Assembly: GCA_023474425.1 (NCBI GenBank)
Contig: JAMCXX010000001.1
Span: 1 to 55,480, forward strand
DNA length: 55,480 bases
Direction: 5' to 3'
Source of the DNA: Patescibacteria group bacterium
Lineage (GTDB): Bacteria; Patescibacteriota; WWE3; JAMCXX01
The position numbers were made by a program, and so were the translations under genes. The notes beneath the pieces were generated by a model, which saw only the letters and a program-made list of their open reading frames with translations, was not told where the DNA came from and ran no database searches. Shown here in pieces: positions 1-7,836 of the stretch (the stretch's first letter is position 1; every line of letters starts with the position of its first letter).

Positions 1-136
1 GCTGTGGCCGCCGGCCGCCATGTCGCAAGTTAGAAAATTAAAAGTTAAGAATTGTCGCAATTCTTAAGAGGTATTTGTTAGCTATTTTTGATAAAATAGG
101 TTCGAGCTGCCTTGTATAGGCAGACCACTAAAAGAG

Positions 137-2464
137 ATGTTTCTTTCTAATCGCCGGCGGTTGACGCCTTTTAACCGCAAAAAACAAAGCGCCTACGTTA
201 ACCTGCGCCGCAAGCGTAACTGGGCGGTGATTCTTACGGCTGCCATTTCCCTGCTTTTCTTTTTCATGATTTCCGGTTCCATTTTGGCTCTGGTCTCTTT
301 TGCCGTTTTTTCCAAAGACCTACCTTCCCCCGACAAACTTACCAACCGCAAAATCGATGTATCCACCCGCATTTATGACCGTAATGGAAAACTTTTGTTT
401 GACGTCTATAAGGACGTCAACCGCAGTATTGTAAAACTTAGCGATATTCCCAAGCCGGTTATTGATGCGACTTTAGCTACTGAAGATGCCGAGTATTATC
501 AGCACGGGGGGTTCGATATTCTGGGAATTCTGAGGGCTTTTAAAAACATTGTTCTTTATCATCAGCTCCAAGGAGGTTCTACTATTACCCAGCAACTGGT
601 TAAGACAGCCCTCCTTTCCAACGAGCGATCTGTAATCCGCAAGATTAAAGAGTTGGTACTTTCCATTGAAATTGAACGTATTTACAACAAGGACCAAATT
701 CTGCAGATTTACTTTAACGAGATTCCCTATGGCGGTACGGCTTGGGGTATTGCCGCGGCCAGCGAGCTCTATTTTGGCAAGAACGTTAAAGATTTAACTT
801 TGGGTGAGTCGGCGCTCTTGGCCGGTCTGCCGCAGTCGCCTACTTACTACTCTCCTTTTGGGCCGGAGCCGCAGCGTGCCCGCGAGCGCCAGCGCTATGT
901 TCTTTATCTTATGGAAAACAAAGGTTGGGTGGACAAAGACGGCAAGCGTTATTTTCTCTCCAAAGAAGAAGCCGACGCCGCCCGCAACCAGGTTTTGGAC
1001 TACGCTAAACCGGGTCAGACCATTAACGCTCCGCATTTTTCCCTCTACGTTAAGAGTTTACTGACCCAGAAATATGGCCAGGATATGGTGGAGTCAGGCG
1101 GTTTGCAGGTGACCACGAGTCTGGATTTGGACTTGCAGAACCAGCTTCAGGATATTGTAAAAAGTCAACTCGATAAAATTAAGGCCCTTAAAGTGGGCAA
1201 TGGCGCCCTTGTTGCCATGGACCCGAAAACGGGAGAGGTTTTGTCTATGGTCGGCTCTAAAGACTACTTTGGTTCACCGGAGCCTGCCGGCTGCACTCCG
1301 GGTAAAGACTGCACCTTTGAGGGTAATTTTAACGCAGCTCTCGATGCCCTGCGCCAGCCCGGTTCATCTTTTAAGCCCATTACCTACGCTACCGCCTTTG
1401 AAAAAGGATTAACCCCGGCCACGCTGATTATGGATGTGCCCACTTCTTTTCCCGGCGCCGATGGGCAGGCCTACTCCCCGGTCAATTATGACGGCAAGTT
1501 TCATGGACCGCTCTCCTTGCGCAACGCTTTAGGCAGTTCCGTTAACATTGCCGCCGTTAAACTTTTAAAAATTGTGGGCATCCCAAGTGTTATAAGTAAG
1601 GCGCGGCAGTTGGGCATTACTACCCTCACCGACCCCGCCCGCTACGGACTTTCTTTAACTCTTGGCGGTGGGGAGGTTCCTTTAATTCAAATGACCCAAG
1701 CCTATGCCGCTTTTGCCAACCAGGGCAAGAGTGTGACCCCGCTCTACATTTTGGAAGTCAAGGACAGCCACGGCAACGTCTTAGAAGAAAACCATCCCGT
1801 TGACGGGCAGAAGGTTTTTAGCCCGGAGGTGAGTTATTTAATTTCCAATGTTCTTTCCGACGACAGCGCCCGGGTTTTGGCCTTTGGTCCCAATTCCCTT
1901 TTAAACATCCCAGGCTTCAGCGTAGCCGTTAAAACCGGTACCAGCAATGATAAGCGCGATAACTGGACAATCGGTTATACCCCCTCCATTGTTATAGGCG
2001 TTTGGGTAGGCAATAACGACAACAGCCCTATGGACCAAAGGTTGGCCTCGGGCATTACCGGCGCATCTCCCATTTGGAATTTATCCATGAAAGCTTATCT
2101 TAAAGGCAAAAAAGACGAACCGTTTGTAAAGCCGGACAATATTGTGGAAATGGATGTTGACTCTTTAACCGGCATGCTGCCGTACGCCGGCCAGCCGACG
2201 AAAAAGGAAGTTTTTATTCAAGGAACACAGCCGACAACAACCTCGGACATGTACCAAACCATTAAGGTCTGCCGGGTAGACAATAAAATCGCCGACCAAA
2301 ACTGCATTAACCAAAATCAGTACGATGAAAAAACCTTTGTCGTTTTTCACGATCCGGCTTTGCAGAGCGAGTTTCAACAGGACATTCAGAATTTTATAAA
2401 CAGCGCCGACGGTTTTAAGGACAATCCCATTTACCATCCGCCAACCGAGACAAGCACGATGTGA
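137..2464 (+). CDS. Class A penicillin-binding protein (bifunctional glycosyltransferase/transpeptidase, PBP1A-like)
   Basis: 775-aa ORF with ATG start and an N-terminal TM anchor. GT51 motifs EDAEYYQHGG and GGSTITQQL. Transpeptidase motifs SxxK (SSFK), SxN (SVN) and KTG (KTGT). Confidence 0.9.
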   Translation: MFLSNRRRLTPFNRKKQSAYVNLRRKRNWAVILTAAISLLFFFMISGSILALVSFAVFSKDLPSPDKLTNRKIDVSTRIYDRNGKLLFDVYKDVNRSIVKLSDIPKPVIDATLATEDAEYYQHGGFDILGILRAFKNIVLYHQLQGGSTITQQLVKTALLSNERSVIRKIKELVLSIEIERIYNKDQILQIYFNEIPYGGTAWGIAAASELYFGKNVKDLTLGESALLAGLPQSPTYYSPFGPEPQRARERQRYVLYLMENKGWVDKDGKRYFLSKEEADAARNQVLDYAKPGQTINAPHFSLYVKSLLTQKYGQDMVESGGLQVTTSLDLDLQNQLQDIVKSQLDKIKALKVGNGALVAMDPKTGEVLSMVGSKDYFGSPEPAGCTPGKDCTFEGNFNAALDALRQPGSSFKPITYATAFEKGLTPATLIMDVPTSFPGADGQAYSPVNYDGKFHGPLSLRNALGSSVNIAAVKLLKIVGIPSVISKARQLGITTLTDPARYGLSLTLGGGEVPLIQMTQAYAAFANQGKSVTPLYILEVKDSHGNVLEENHPVDGQKVFSPEVSYLISNVLSDDSARVLAFGPNSLLNIPGFSVAVKTGTSNDKRDNWTIGYTPSIVIGVWVGNNDNSPMDQRLASGITGASPIWNLSMKAYLKGKKDEPFVKPDNIVEMDVDSLTGMLPYAGQPTKKEVFIQGTQPTTTSDMYQTIKVCRVDNKIADQNCINQNQYDEKTFVVFHDPALQSEFQQDIQNFINSADGFKDNPIYHPPTETSTM

Positions 2465-2535
2465 GTTTAAACGAGCAACACCGAGAGTAAAATTCCTCCA
2501 ACACCAACAAAGCTACATGCGGACTACTTCCATAC

Positions 2536-2578
2536 CGTCATTCTGGCTTGACCCGCTTAGCGGGTCTTGTCCAGAATC
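2536..2578. repeat. Palindromic repeat copy 1 (orientation CGTCATTCTGG...CCAGAATC)
   Basis: 43 nt. Outer arms ATTCTGG/CCAGAAT, inner arms GACCCGC/GCGGGTC. Its reverse complement matches 10561-10603 at 41/43 positions by hand alignment. The last base overlaps the GIY-YIG stop codon. Confidence 0.85.
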
Positions 2579-2868
2579 TAACCCATTAATCCGTCCGCCA
2601 GATCCTTAAATTTCGGGTTTAGTTTTGAAATCAAGTTTATCTTTTCGTCTCTGTTTAAATCCTTGATTTGTTTTTCTCGAATAATCGCCTGCTCGATTGT
2701 TTCAAAGCTTTCGTAGTAAACCAATTTGTGGAGGTTATATTTTGAAGTAAAGCCGGCGACGAGATTATTTTTGTGTTCGTGGACACGGCGTAGCAGATTG
2801 TTGGTAACTCCGGTATAAATGGTTGGCCTTTCGTTGACCATTATATAGACGAAACCTCCTTTAATCAT
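2578..2868 (-). CDS. Small stand-alone GIY-YIG nuclease family protein
   Basis: 96-aa ORF with ATG start. FVYIM...IYTGVTNNLLRRVHEHK fits the GIY/YIG strands plus the conserved Arg and His-Glu block. Confidence 0.8.
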   Translation of the reverse strand: MIKGGFVYIMVNERPTIYTGVTNNLLRRVHEHKNNLVAGFTSKYNLHKLVYYESFETIEQAIIREKQIKDLNRDEKINLISKLNPKFKDLADGLMG

Positions 2869-2884
2869 AAAAGAATGCCGGCTT

Positions 2885-2917
2885 GATTCTGGATGCGCTT
2901 TGCTTACCAGAATGACG
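2885..2917. repeat. Palindromic repeat copy 2 (orientation GATTCTGG...CCAGAATGACG)
   Basis: 33 nt with arms GATTCTGG / CCAGAATGACG. Lies 16 nt upstream of the GIY-YIG start, inverted relative to copy 1. Confidence 0.8.
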
Positions 2918-2945
2918 AAGATACCTTATCAGTGTTAGATTGCCG

Positions 2946-3350
2946 TTACGGGTGACTAACAATTTCAAGTTTCATTTTTTCCGGGTCCTCAAAGAAGACT
3001 GCGTAATAATCCTTGCTGTATTGAGGAAAAGGTTTAGGCGTCTCGTAGAGAACTCCTATATTGTTCGGTTTCAAAAACTCTCTGTAGAAGTTATCGACCT
3101 CCTCTTTCGATCTAACTTTGAAGGCAATGTGATTGAGTCCAACTCGACGACGGTGATAGCCGTCGTTAATATGGTCTTTCGGCGCCTGCTCGAACCAAAT
3201 GCTCGTATCTTTGTTTACGAAGGCAAAACCCCAGTTCCTTTTATTGAAGCATTCGCTATATCCCAAAAGTTCTAATAGCGGTTTATAGAATTTGTAGGAT
3301 ACTTCAGGGTTTGTTACATATAGGTAAAGATGGCTAATAGAAGTTTCCAT
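2946..3350 (-). CDS. VOC (glyoxalase/bleomycin-resistance/dioxygenase) family protein
   Basis: 134-aa ORF with ATG start. LNHIAFKV and YAVFFEDPEKMKLEIV blocks are typical of the paired beta-alpha-beta-beta-beta VOC fold. Confidence 0.75.
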   Translation of the reverse strand: METSISHLYLYVTNPEVSYKFYKPLLELLGYSECFNKRNWGFAFVNKDTSIWFEQAPKDHINDGYHRRRVGLNHIAFKVRSKEEVDNFYREFLKPNNIGVLYETPKPFPQYSKDYYAVFFEDPEKMKLEIVSHP

Positions 3351-3365
3351 AGATTTATTATTTTC

Positions 3366-3398
3366 GATTCTGGAGTCCCTTCGGTCCCCAGAATGACA
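3366..3398. repeat. Palindromic repeat copy 3 (GATTCTGG...CCAGAATGACA)
   Basis: 33 nt, near-identical in arms and length to copy 6 (10941-10973). Lies 15 nt upstream of the VOC gene start. Confidence 0.8.
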
Positions 3399-3430
3399 GG
3401 GTATACCCTCTAATCGTCCTGCTGGGCGCC

Positions 3431-5410
3431 TTAAGCAGTCACTATTAAATTCTTTAGCTTTTCTGACTCCTCCTTGGCTTTTTTAAGAGCGAATTTAAAA
3501 TTGAAAGTGATGTTTTTTTTGTTTTGTTTCTTAAGTTCGTCGTTTTCAAAAATGCCAACAAATTTAATTTTTGTACTCGGGTCCATTTCGTTTCTCAATC
3601 TGTTGAGCAGTTTGCCGGCTTCCGCTCTCGCATCCACTTCGAAGGTTTTATCTTCCGCAACTAGGTTTTCAATACTTGTTTTAACTCCAGAAGCCGGGTT
3701 AGGTTTAGCCTGTTTCAAAAGCTCCTGCGTGTAAAAACAGGCATGACACCAGGTTCCTTCGAGATTAAAGTTGCTTAGGAGTGCCTGCTTAAGCTCTCCT
3801 ACCTCACCGATTTCTTCGCCGTTTGTTTTTAGAATAGCGCCCTTTTGCTCTTTATAAATAACAAGCTTTTCTTTTACCCAAACCGGCTCAAAATTACCCA
3901 GCTCTTTAAGAAAAGTCTCCACAAAAGATTTAAAAGAGAGAAAATCTAAGTTTGCACTAAAAGCAATTTTTCGTGTTTCTTTGTATTTTTCCAACCCCCG
4001 CCCCGTTCCGGTTTGGGTGTAGCTTTTACCAACCTCAAAGATTTTAATAGTTGTTACACCGTGCTTTTGATAACTCAAACCGTATTTTAGCTGTCCCGAC
4101 AGCGTTTCCGGTCTCATTATATTTAGTTCCTCGTTCCATGAATTTTGCAGGCGGATAATTTTATTTTCGTTAAAAAGTCCGGTTTTTATTGTGTCTTTTT
4201 CGTCAATTATCTGTTGCGAAACTACTTCATTGAACCCAAGCTTGGTAAGGGTGTCCCGAGCTAAGTCTTCTAAGTCTCTTTCCGGAAATTCGAGTTTCTT
4301 GGGAGCCGGTCGGTTGGGAAGAAAGAGAGGGATTTTTTCGTAGGTTCTAATTCTTAAAACCTCCTCAATTAAGTCGGCTTCACCCACAACATCGGTTCTA
4401 AAATAAGGAACTTCCACGGTTATGTTAAGCGGCGTCTCGTTAAGGATTTTGAATTCCAGGGATTTAAGTATCTCTTTAGCTTCCGTTGGTTTAACCTCTT
4501 CACCGGCAATTGTGTTGAGCGCACTAAAGGTTAGGTTTAATACAGTCGGCCCCAGTTCTTCCGGGTAATAGTCGAAGCCCGGTGTTACAGGTGACACGTC
4601 CAAAATATCTTTAAAAAGTTCCAGCGAGCGGGCTATGGCCACTTCGCAAAATTTGGGGTGCAGGTATTTGCCAAGTCTTTGAGAGGTTTCGTTTTTGATT
4701 TTCAAGCGCAGTGCACTGCGTCTGGCGGTTGGCTGGTCGTATAACCCCGCCTCTAATAGAATGTTTTGGGTGGTTGGGGCAATACCCGAAGACCTTCCGC
4801 CAATAGCTGTAGTTAAGGTCAGCGGCTTTTTGGAGTCGGCGGCCACAAGGTCGTTCTCGTCCAATTCCAATTTAGTGCCTTCAAAAGTTACCAGCGACTC
4901 CCCTCTCGTAGCCGCGCGGAGATTTATTTCGTCCACCTTATCCAAATCAAAGGCATGCAGGGGCATACCCAGCTCCACCATAACAAAGTTGGTAACATCC
5001 ACCACATTGTTTAAAGGTTCAATGCCATACGAGGCAAGTCTTTTGGCCAGCCATTTGGGTGAGGGTGTAACTTTAACATTACGCAAAACTACCGCCGTCC
5101 AGCGTAGAACCTTTTTGGAAGAGATAGTAATTTTTGGTATAAATTTATTGTTATCCGAGGCCGGCAGCGGTGCGGTCAGCGGAAATTTTAAAATTTTACC
5201 GGTAAGGGCGGCCAAATCGCGGGCAATGCCCACAATACCCATAATGTCCGCGCGATTGCCGCGGTCCTCTAGATCCAAAATTTTATCGCCTTCCTCACCG
5301 AAGATTGGTTTGTCTAAAGCATGACCGGCCAAGGTTAAAATATTGGCTACTTCCTTGGGGCTTTTATCTATTTCCAGGTAGTCTTTAAGCCAGCCGTAAG
5401 GCACGCGCAT
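3431..5410 (-). CDS. pheT: Phenylalanine--tRNA ligase beta subunit
   Basis: The ORF track starts at a TTG (5428). I prefer the ATG at 5410, which gives MRVPYGWLKDYL, the conserved PheT N-terminus. Lies immediately downstream of pheS. Confidence 0.93.
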   Translation of the reverse strand: MRVPYGWLKDYLEIDKSPKEVANILTLAGHALDKPIFGEEGDKILDLEDRGNRADIMGIVGIARDLAALTGKILKFPLTAPLPASDNNKFIPKITISSKKVLRWTAVVLRNVKVTPSPKWLAKRLASYGIEPLNNVVDVTNFVMVELGMPLHAFDLDKVDEINLRAATRGESLVTFEGTKLELDENDLVAADSKKPLTLTTAIGGRSSGIAPTTQNILLEAGLYDQPTARRSALRLKIKNETSQRLGKYLHPKFCEVAIARSLELFKDILDVSPVTPGFDYYPEELGPTVLNLTFSALNTIAGEEVKPTEAKEILKSLEFKILNETPLNITVEVPYFRTDVVGEADLIEEVLRIRTYEKIPLFLPNRPAPKKLEFPERDLEDLARDTLTKLGFNEVVSQQIIDEKDTIKTGLFNENKIIRLQNSWNEELNIMRPETLSGQLKYGLSYQKHGVTTIKIFEVGKSYTQTGTGRGLEKYKETRKIAFSANLDFLSFKSFVETFLKELGNFEPVWVKEKLVIYKEQKGAILKTNGEEIGEVGELKQALLSNFNLEGTWCHACFYTQELLKQAKPNPASGVKTSIENLVAEDKTFEVDARAEAGKLLNRLRNEMDPSTKIKFVGIFENDELKKQNKKNITFNFKFALKKAKEESEKLKNLIVTA

Positions 5411-5460
5411 AAATATATAAAAATCCAATCTTGCGAATATTACGAATGGGTATGCCTTTT

Positions 5461-5513
5461 CGAATCTTACTAATGTTACGAACGATCTTTATAAGTAATA
5501 TTCGTAAGATTCG
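5461..5513. repeat. Inverted repeat in the pheS-pheT spacer
   Basis: Perfect 10-bp arms CGAATCTTAC (5461-5470) and GTAAGATTCG (5504-5513), 33 nt apart. The surrounding spacer is full of TACGAA/TTCGTA-type half sites. Confidence 0.6.
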
Positions 5514-5550
5514 TATCTTTGTGTATTTGCAATATTAGTAAGATTAGCTT

Positions 5551-6576
5551 TTATTGTGTGAAAACTAAATTACCGGAGTGCAAATCACGAATATCCGTTA
5601 TCCCAAACTTTGTCATAATGATTCGGTCCAAGCCCATGCCGAAGGCGAAACCGGACCAAACTTTCCAATCAATGCCGGACTTGGCCAGGAGGTTTCGGTG
5701 AATAATGCCTGAGCCCAAGATTTCTATCCATCCGCGGTCTTTGCAGATCCGGCAGCCCGTACCCGAGCAAAAGCGGCAGAGAATGTCCATGCCGGCGCCC
5801 GGCTCAACTTCGGGATAATATTTGGTGCGAAAGCGTGTCTTAACTTTGTCACCGTACAAAAATTTGGCAAATTCGTTAAGAGTCGCTTTAAGATTGGCCA
5901 GACTTACGTCTTTATCTACCAAGACTCCCTGATACTGGTAAAAAATGGCGTGGTTGCTTTGATTAATAATTTCGTTGCGAAAGGAGACCCCGGGAACTAC
6001 AAAACGCAGCGGCGGCTTGTGGGAGCTTAAAATTCTCGTTTCAACACTCGAAGTGTGGGTTCGCAAAAGTACTTCCGGAGATTCAATGTAGATAGTGTCC
6101 TGCAAGTCGCGGGCCGGGTGGTCTTTGGGAAGGTTTGTTTTTTCAAAGTTATACTCATCGGTTTCAATTTCCGGGCCTTCGGCAACGCTGTAGCCATGGT
6201 AGGTAAAAAACGCGTTCATTTGACGAATGACTTGAGTATCGGGGGCCATGTGACCTATAGGAGCTTTGGGAACAGGCAGACTGACGTCGAACCACTCCCC
6301 CTCTTCGTCATAATTTCTGTGAATTCTCTCTTCGGCTCCTTTTATAGCGGAGTTAAGCGTTTCCTTGGCCGCATTAATTTCCTGTCCATAGGATTTTTTT
6401 TCCGATTCAGTAAGGTTTTTAAGGCCTTGGGTTAGTCGGTTGAGGAGGCTTTTTTTACCGGTAATATATTCAAGTTTGTAGTCGTTTAATTCCTTGAGAT
6501 TGCTGGATAAAGAGATTTTTTGCTCCGCGGTTTTTATTAATTCTTGAAGGTCATCCAAACTTGCAACTTTAGCCAT
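5551..6576 (-). CDS. pheS: Phenylalanine--tRNA ligase alpha subunit
   Basis: 341 aa with ATG start. HPARDLQDT and FRNE class II motifs, C-terminal GFAFGMGLDR block. Confidence 0.95.
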   Translation of the reverse strand: MAKVASLDDLQELIKTAEQKISLSSNLKELNDYKLEYITGKKSLLNRLTQGLKNLTESEKKSYGQEINAAKETLNSAIKGAEERIHRNYDEEGEWFDVSLPVPKAPIGHMAPDTQVIRQMNAFFTYHGYSVAEGPEIETDEYNFEKTNLPKDHPARDLQDTIYIESPEVLLRTHTSSVETRILSSHKPPLRFVVPGVSFRNEIINQSNHAIFYQYQGVLVDKDVSLANLKATLNEFAKFLYGDKVKTRFRTKYYPEVEPGAGMDILCRFCSGTGCRICKDRGWIEILGSGIIHRNLLAKSGIDWKVWSGFAFGMGLDRIIMTKFGITDIRDLHSGNLVFTQ

Positions 6577-6611
6577 TGCTTATATTTTAGCATATAAAAA
6601 CGGCTCTTTGA

Positions 6612-6953
6612 TTACTTGCTTTGGGAAACAAGCTGCTCAAAAATTTGCGGGTATTTGAGGGCCAGCTCTGCCATGATTTTCCTGTCCAGTTTTATTTTTT
6701 TGTCACCCAGGTTTTTTAGGAATTGACTATATTTAACTCCGAAAGGCTCCAAGGCGGCGTTAATCCGCATAATCCAAAGACGGCGAAAGTTTGACTTCCG
6801 GTCTTTGCGTCCGGCAAAAGCGTACTGGCCGGCATGCAAAACAGCCTCTTGCGCGCGCCGGAACAATTTGGAGCGGGCGCCAAAGTAACCTTTAGCCCGC
6901 TTAAGCACTTTCTTGTGTTTTCTTCTCTGAACAAATCCCCCTTTTACTCTCAT
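6612..6953 (-). CDS. rplT: 50S ribosomal protein L20
   Basis: 113 aa. MRVKGG...RRKHKKVLKRAKGY...R is a typical L20 N-terminus. Sits in the operon position after rpmI. Confidence 0.95.
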   Translation of the reverse strand: MRVKGGFVQRRKHKKVLKRAKGYFGARSKLFRRAQEAVLHAGQYAFAGRKDRKSNFRRLWIMRINAALEPFGVKYSQFLKNLGDKKIKLDRKIMAELALKYPQIFEQLVSQSK

Positions 6954-7033
6954 AACAATAAGGTTAGAAGGTTAGCAGTCCTTACGTCGGAAATATACAT
7001 GGCTTCCGTTCTAAGACCTTTTTGCCTTCAGAC

Positions 7034-7228
7034 CTAAAGGTTGAGCAGCCGCTTAACCCTCTTTAAATCCTGGTTTTTGACCAACCGGTTTTTCTCTTTG
7101 CGCTTGTGTCCGGAAGTTGTCTCGTGTCGCCGTAAATGAGAAACCGATCCCGGGCGGCGGATTATCTTACCTCTCTTGGTAACCCTGAATCTTTTAACGG
7201 CTGTCTTGTGAATTTTTAGTTTCGGCAT
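7034..7228 (-). CDS. rpmI: 50S ribosomal protein L35
   Basis: 64 aa. MPKLKIHKTAVKRFRVTKRGK is a typical L35 sequence. Lies between infC and rplT. Confidence 0.92.
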   Translation of the reverse strand: MPKLKIHKTAVKRFRVTKRGKIIRRPGSVSHLRRHETTSGHKRKEKNRLVKNQDLKRVKRLLNL

Positions 7229-7310
7229 AATCTTTAATTAGGTCAGAAGTTCTTAGGTCCGAAGGTTAGTAGCTCAGAAGCTCGGACCTACTGCCTTTTG
7301 CCTTCGTGCC

Positions 7311-7820
7311 TTATTTTGGTGCTAGAGTGGCCGCCAGGAGGTTTCGCCCTTGCCATTTAGGTGGTGAAACTAATTTACCGGCGGGTTCCAAAATTTTTAA
7401 GGCGTCCACCATTTTCTTTTGGGCCAGTTCCGGATGAGTAGTCAGCCGCCCGCGAATAAGAACGTTAACCCGCAACTGGTCGCCGTTTTTTAAAAACTCT
7501 GTTCCACGGCGGACTTTATTTTCAAAATCGTTTTGAGCAATAATCGGGCTCAAGCGAATTTCCTTAAGTTTTGAATGCGTCTTAGACTTTTTTTGTTCCT
7601 TTTTGGTTTCCTGATAGACAAACTTCTTGAAATCCGTAATCTTAACCACCGGTGGTTTGGCGTTTGGGCCAACCTCAACTAAATCCAGTTTCTGGTCTAA
7701 GGCCCTTTTTATGGCTTCGTGAGTAGGGATAACTTCGTTTGTCCCCTCCCCGACTAACCTTACTTCCGCGGCCGTGATACGGTGGTTAATTCTGAACCTT
7801 CTTTCTATCTCAAAACTCAT
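7311..7820 (-). CDS. infC: Translation initiation factor IF-3
   Basis: 169 aa with ATG start. INHRITAAEVRLVGEG...DLVEV in the N-domain, C-domain with KEIRLSP..I..D. Conserved position after thrS. Confidence 0.92.
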   Translation of the reverse strand: MSFEIERRFRINHRITAAEVRLVGEGTNEVIPTHEAIKRALDQKLDLVEVGPNAKPPVVKITDFKKFVYQETKKEQKKSKTHSKLKEIRLSPIIAQNDFENKVRRGTEFLKNGDQLRVNVLIRGRLTTHPELAQKKMVDALKILEPAGKLVSPPKWQGRNLLAATLAPK

Positions 7821-7836
7821 TAATGATGAGTGGAAT

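Noticed and set aside
1-136. A possible minus-strand gene start (ATGGCGGCCGGCGGCCACAGC reading out of the window from position 21), plus a perfect 10-bp inverted repeat TTAAGAATTG-TCG-CAATTCTTAA at 45-67 upstream of the PBP gene.
   Set aside because: Seven codons at the window edge cannot support a CDS call. The hairpin could be an operator or a terminator, but nothing else in the window ties it to a function.
4695-5324. 209-aa plus-strand ORF inside pheT. The same situation applies to 8491-8985 in thrS, 32739-33383 in mgtA, 39865-40422 in the GH26 gene, 51920-52339 in uvrA and 54642-55154 in the terminal block.
   Set aside because: All lie antisense within strongly supported genes. Their compositions are low-complexity and Ser/Arg/Leu-rich, as is typical of shadow ORFs. 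No start context or motif supports them.
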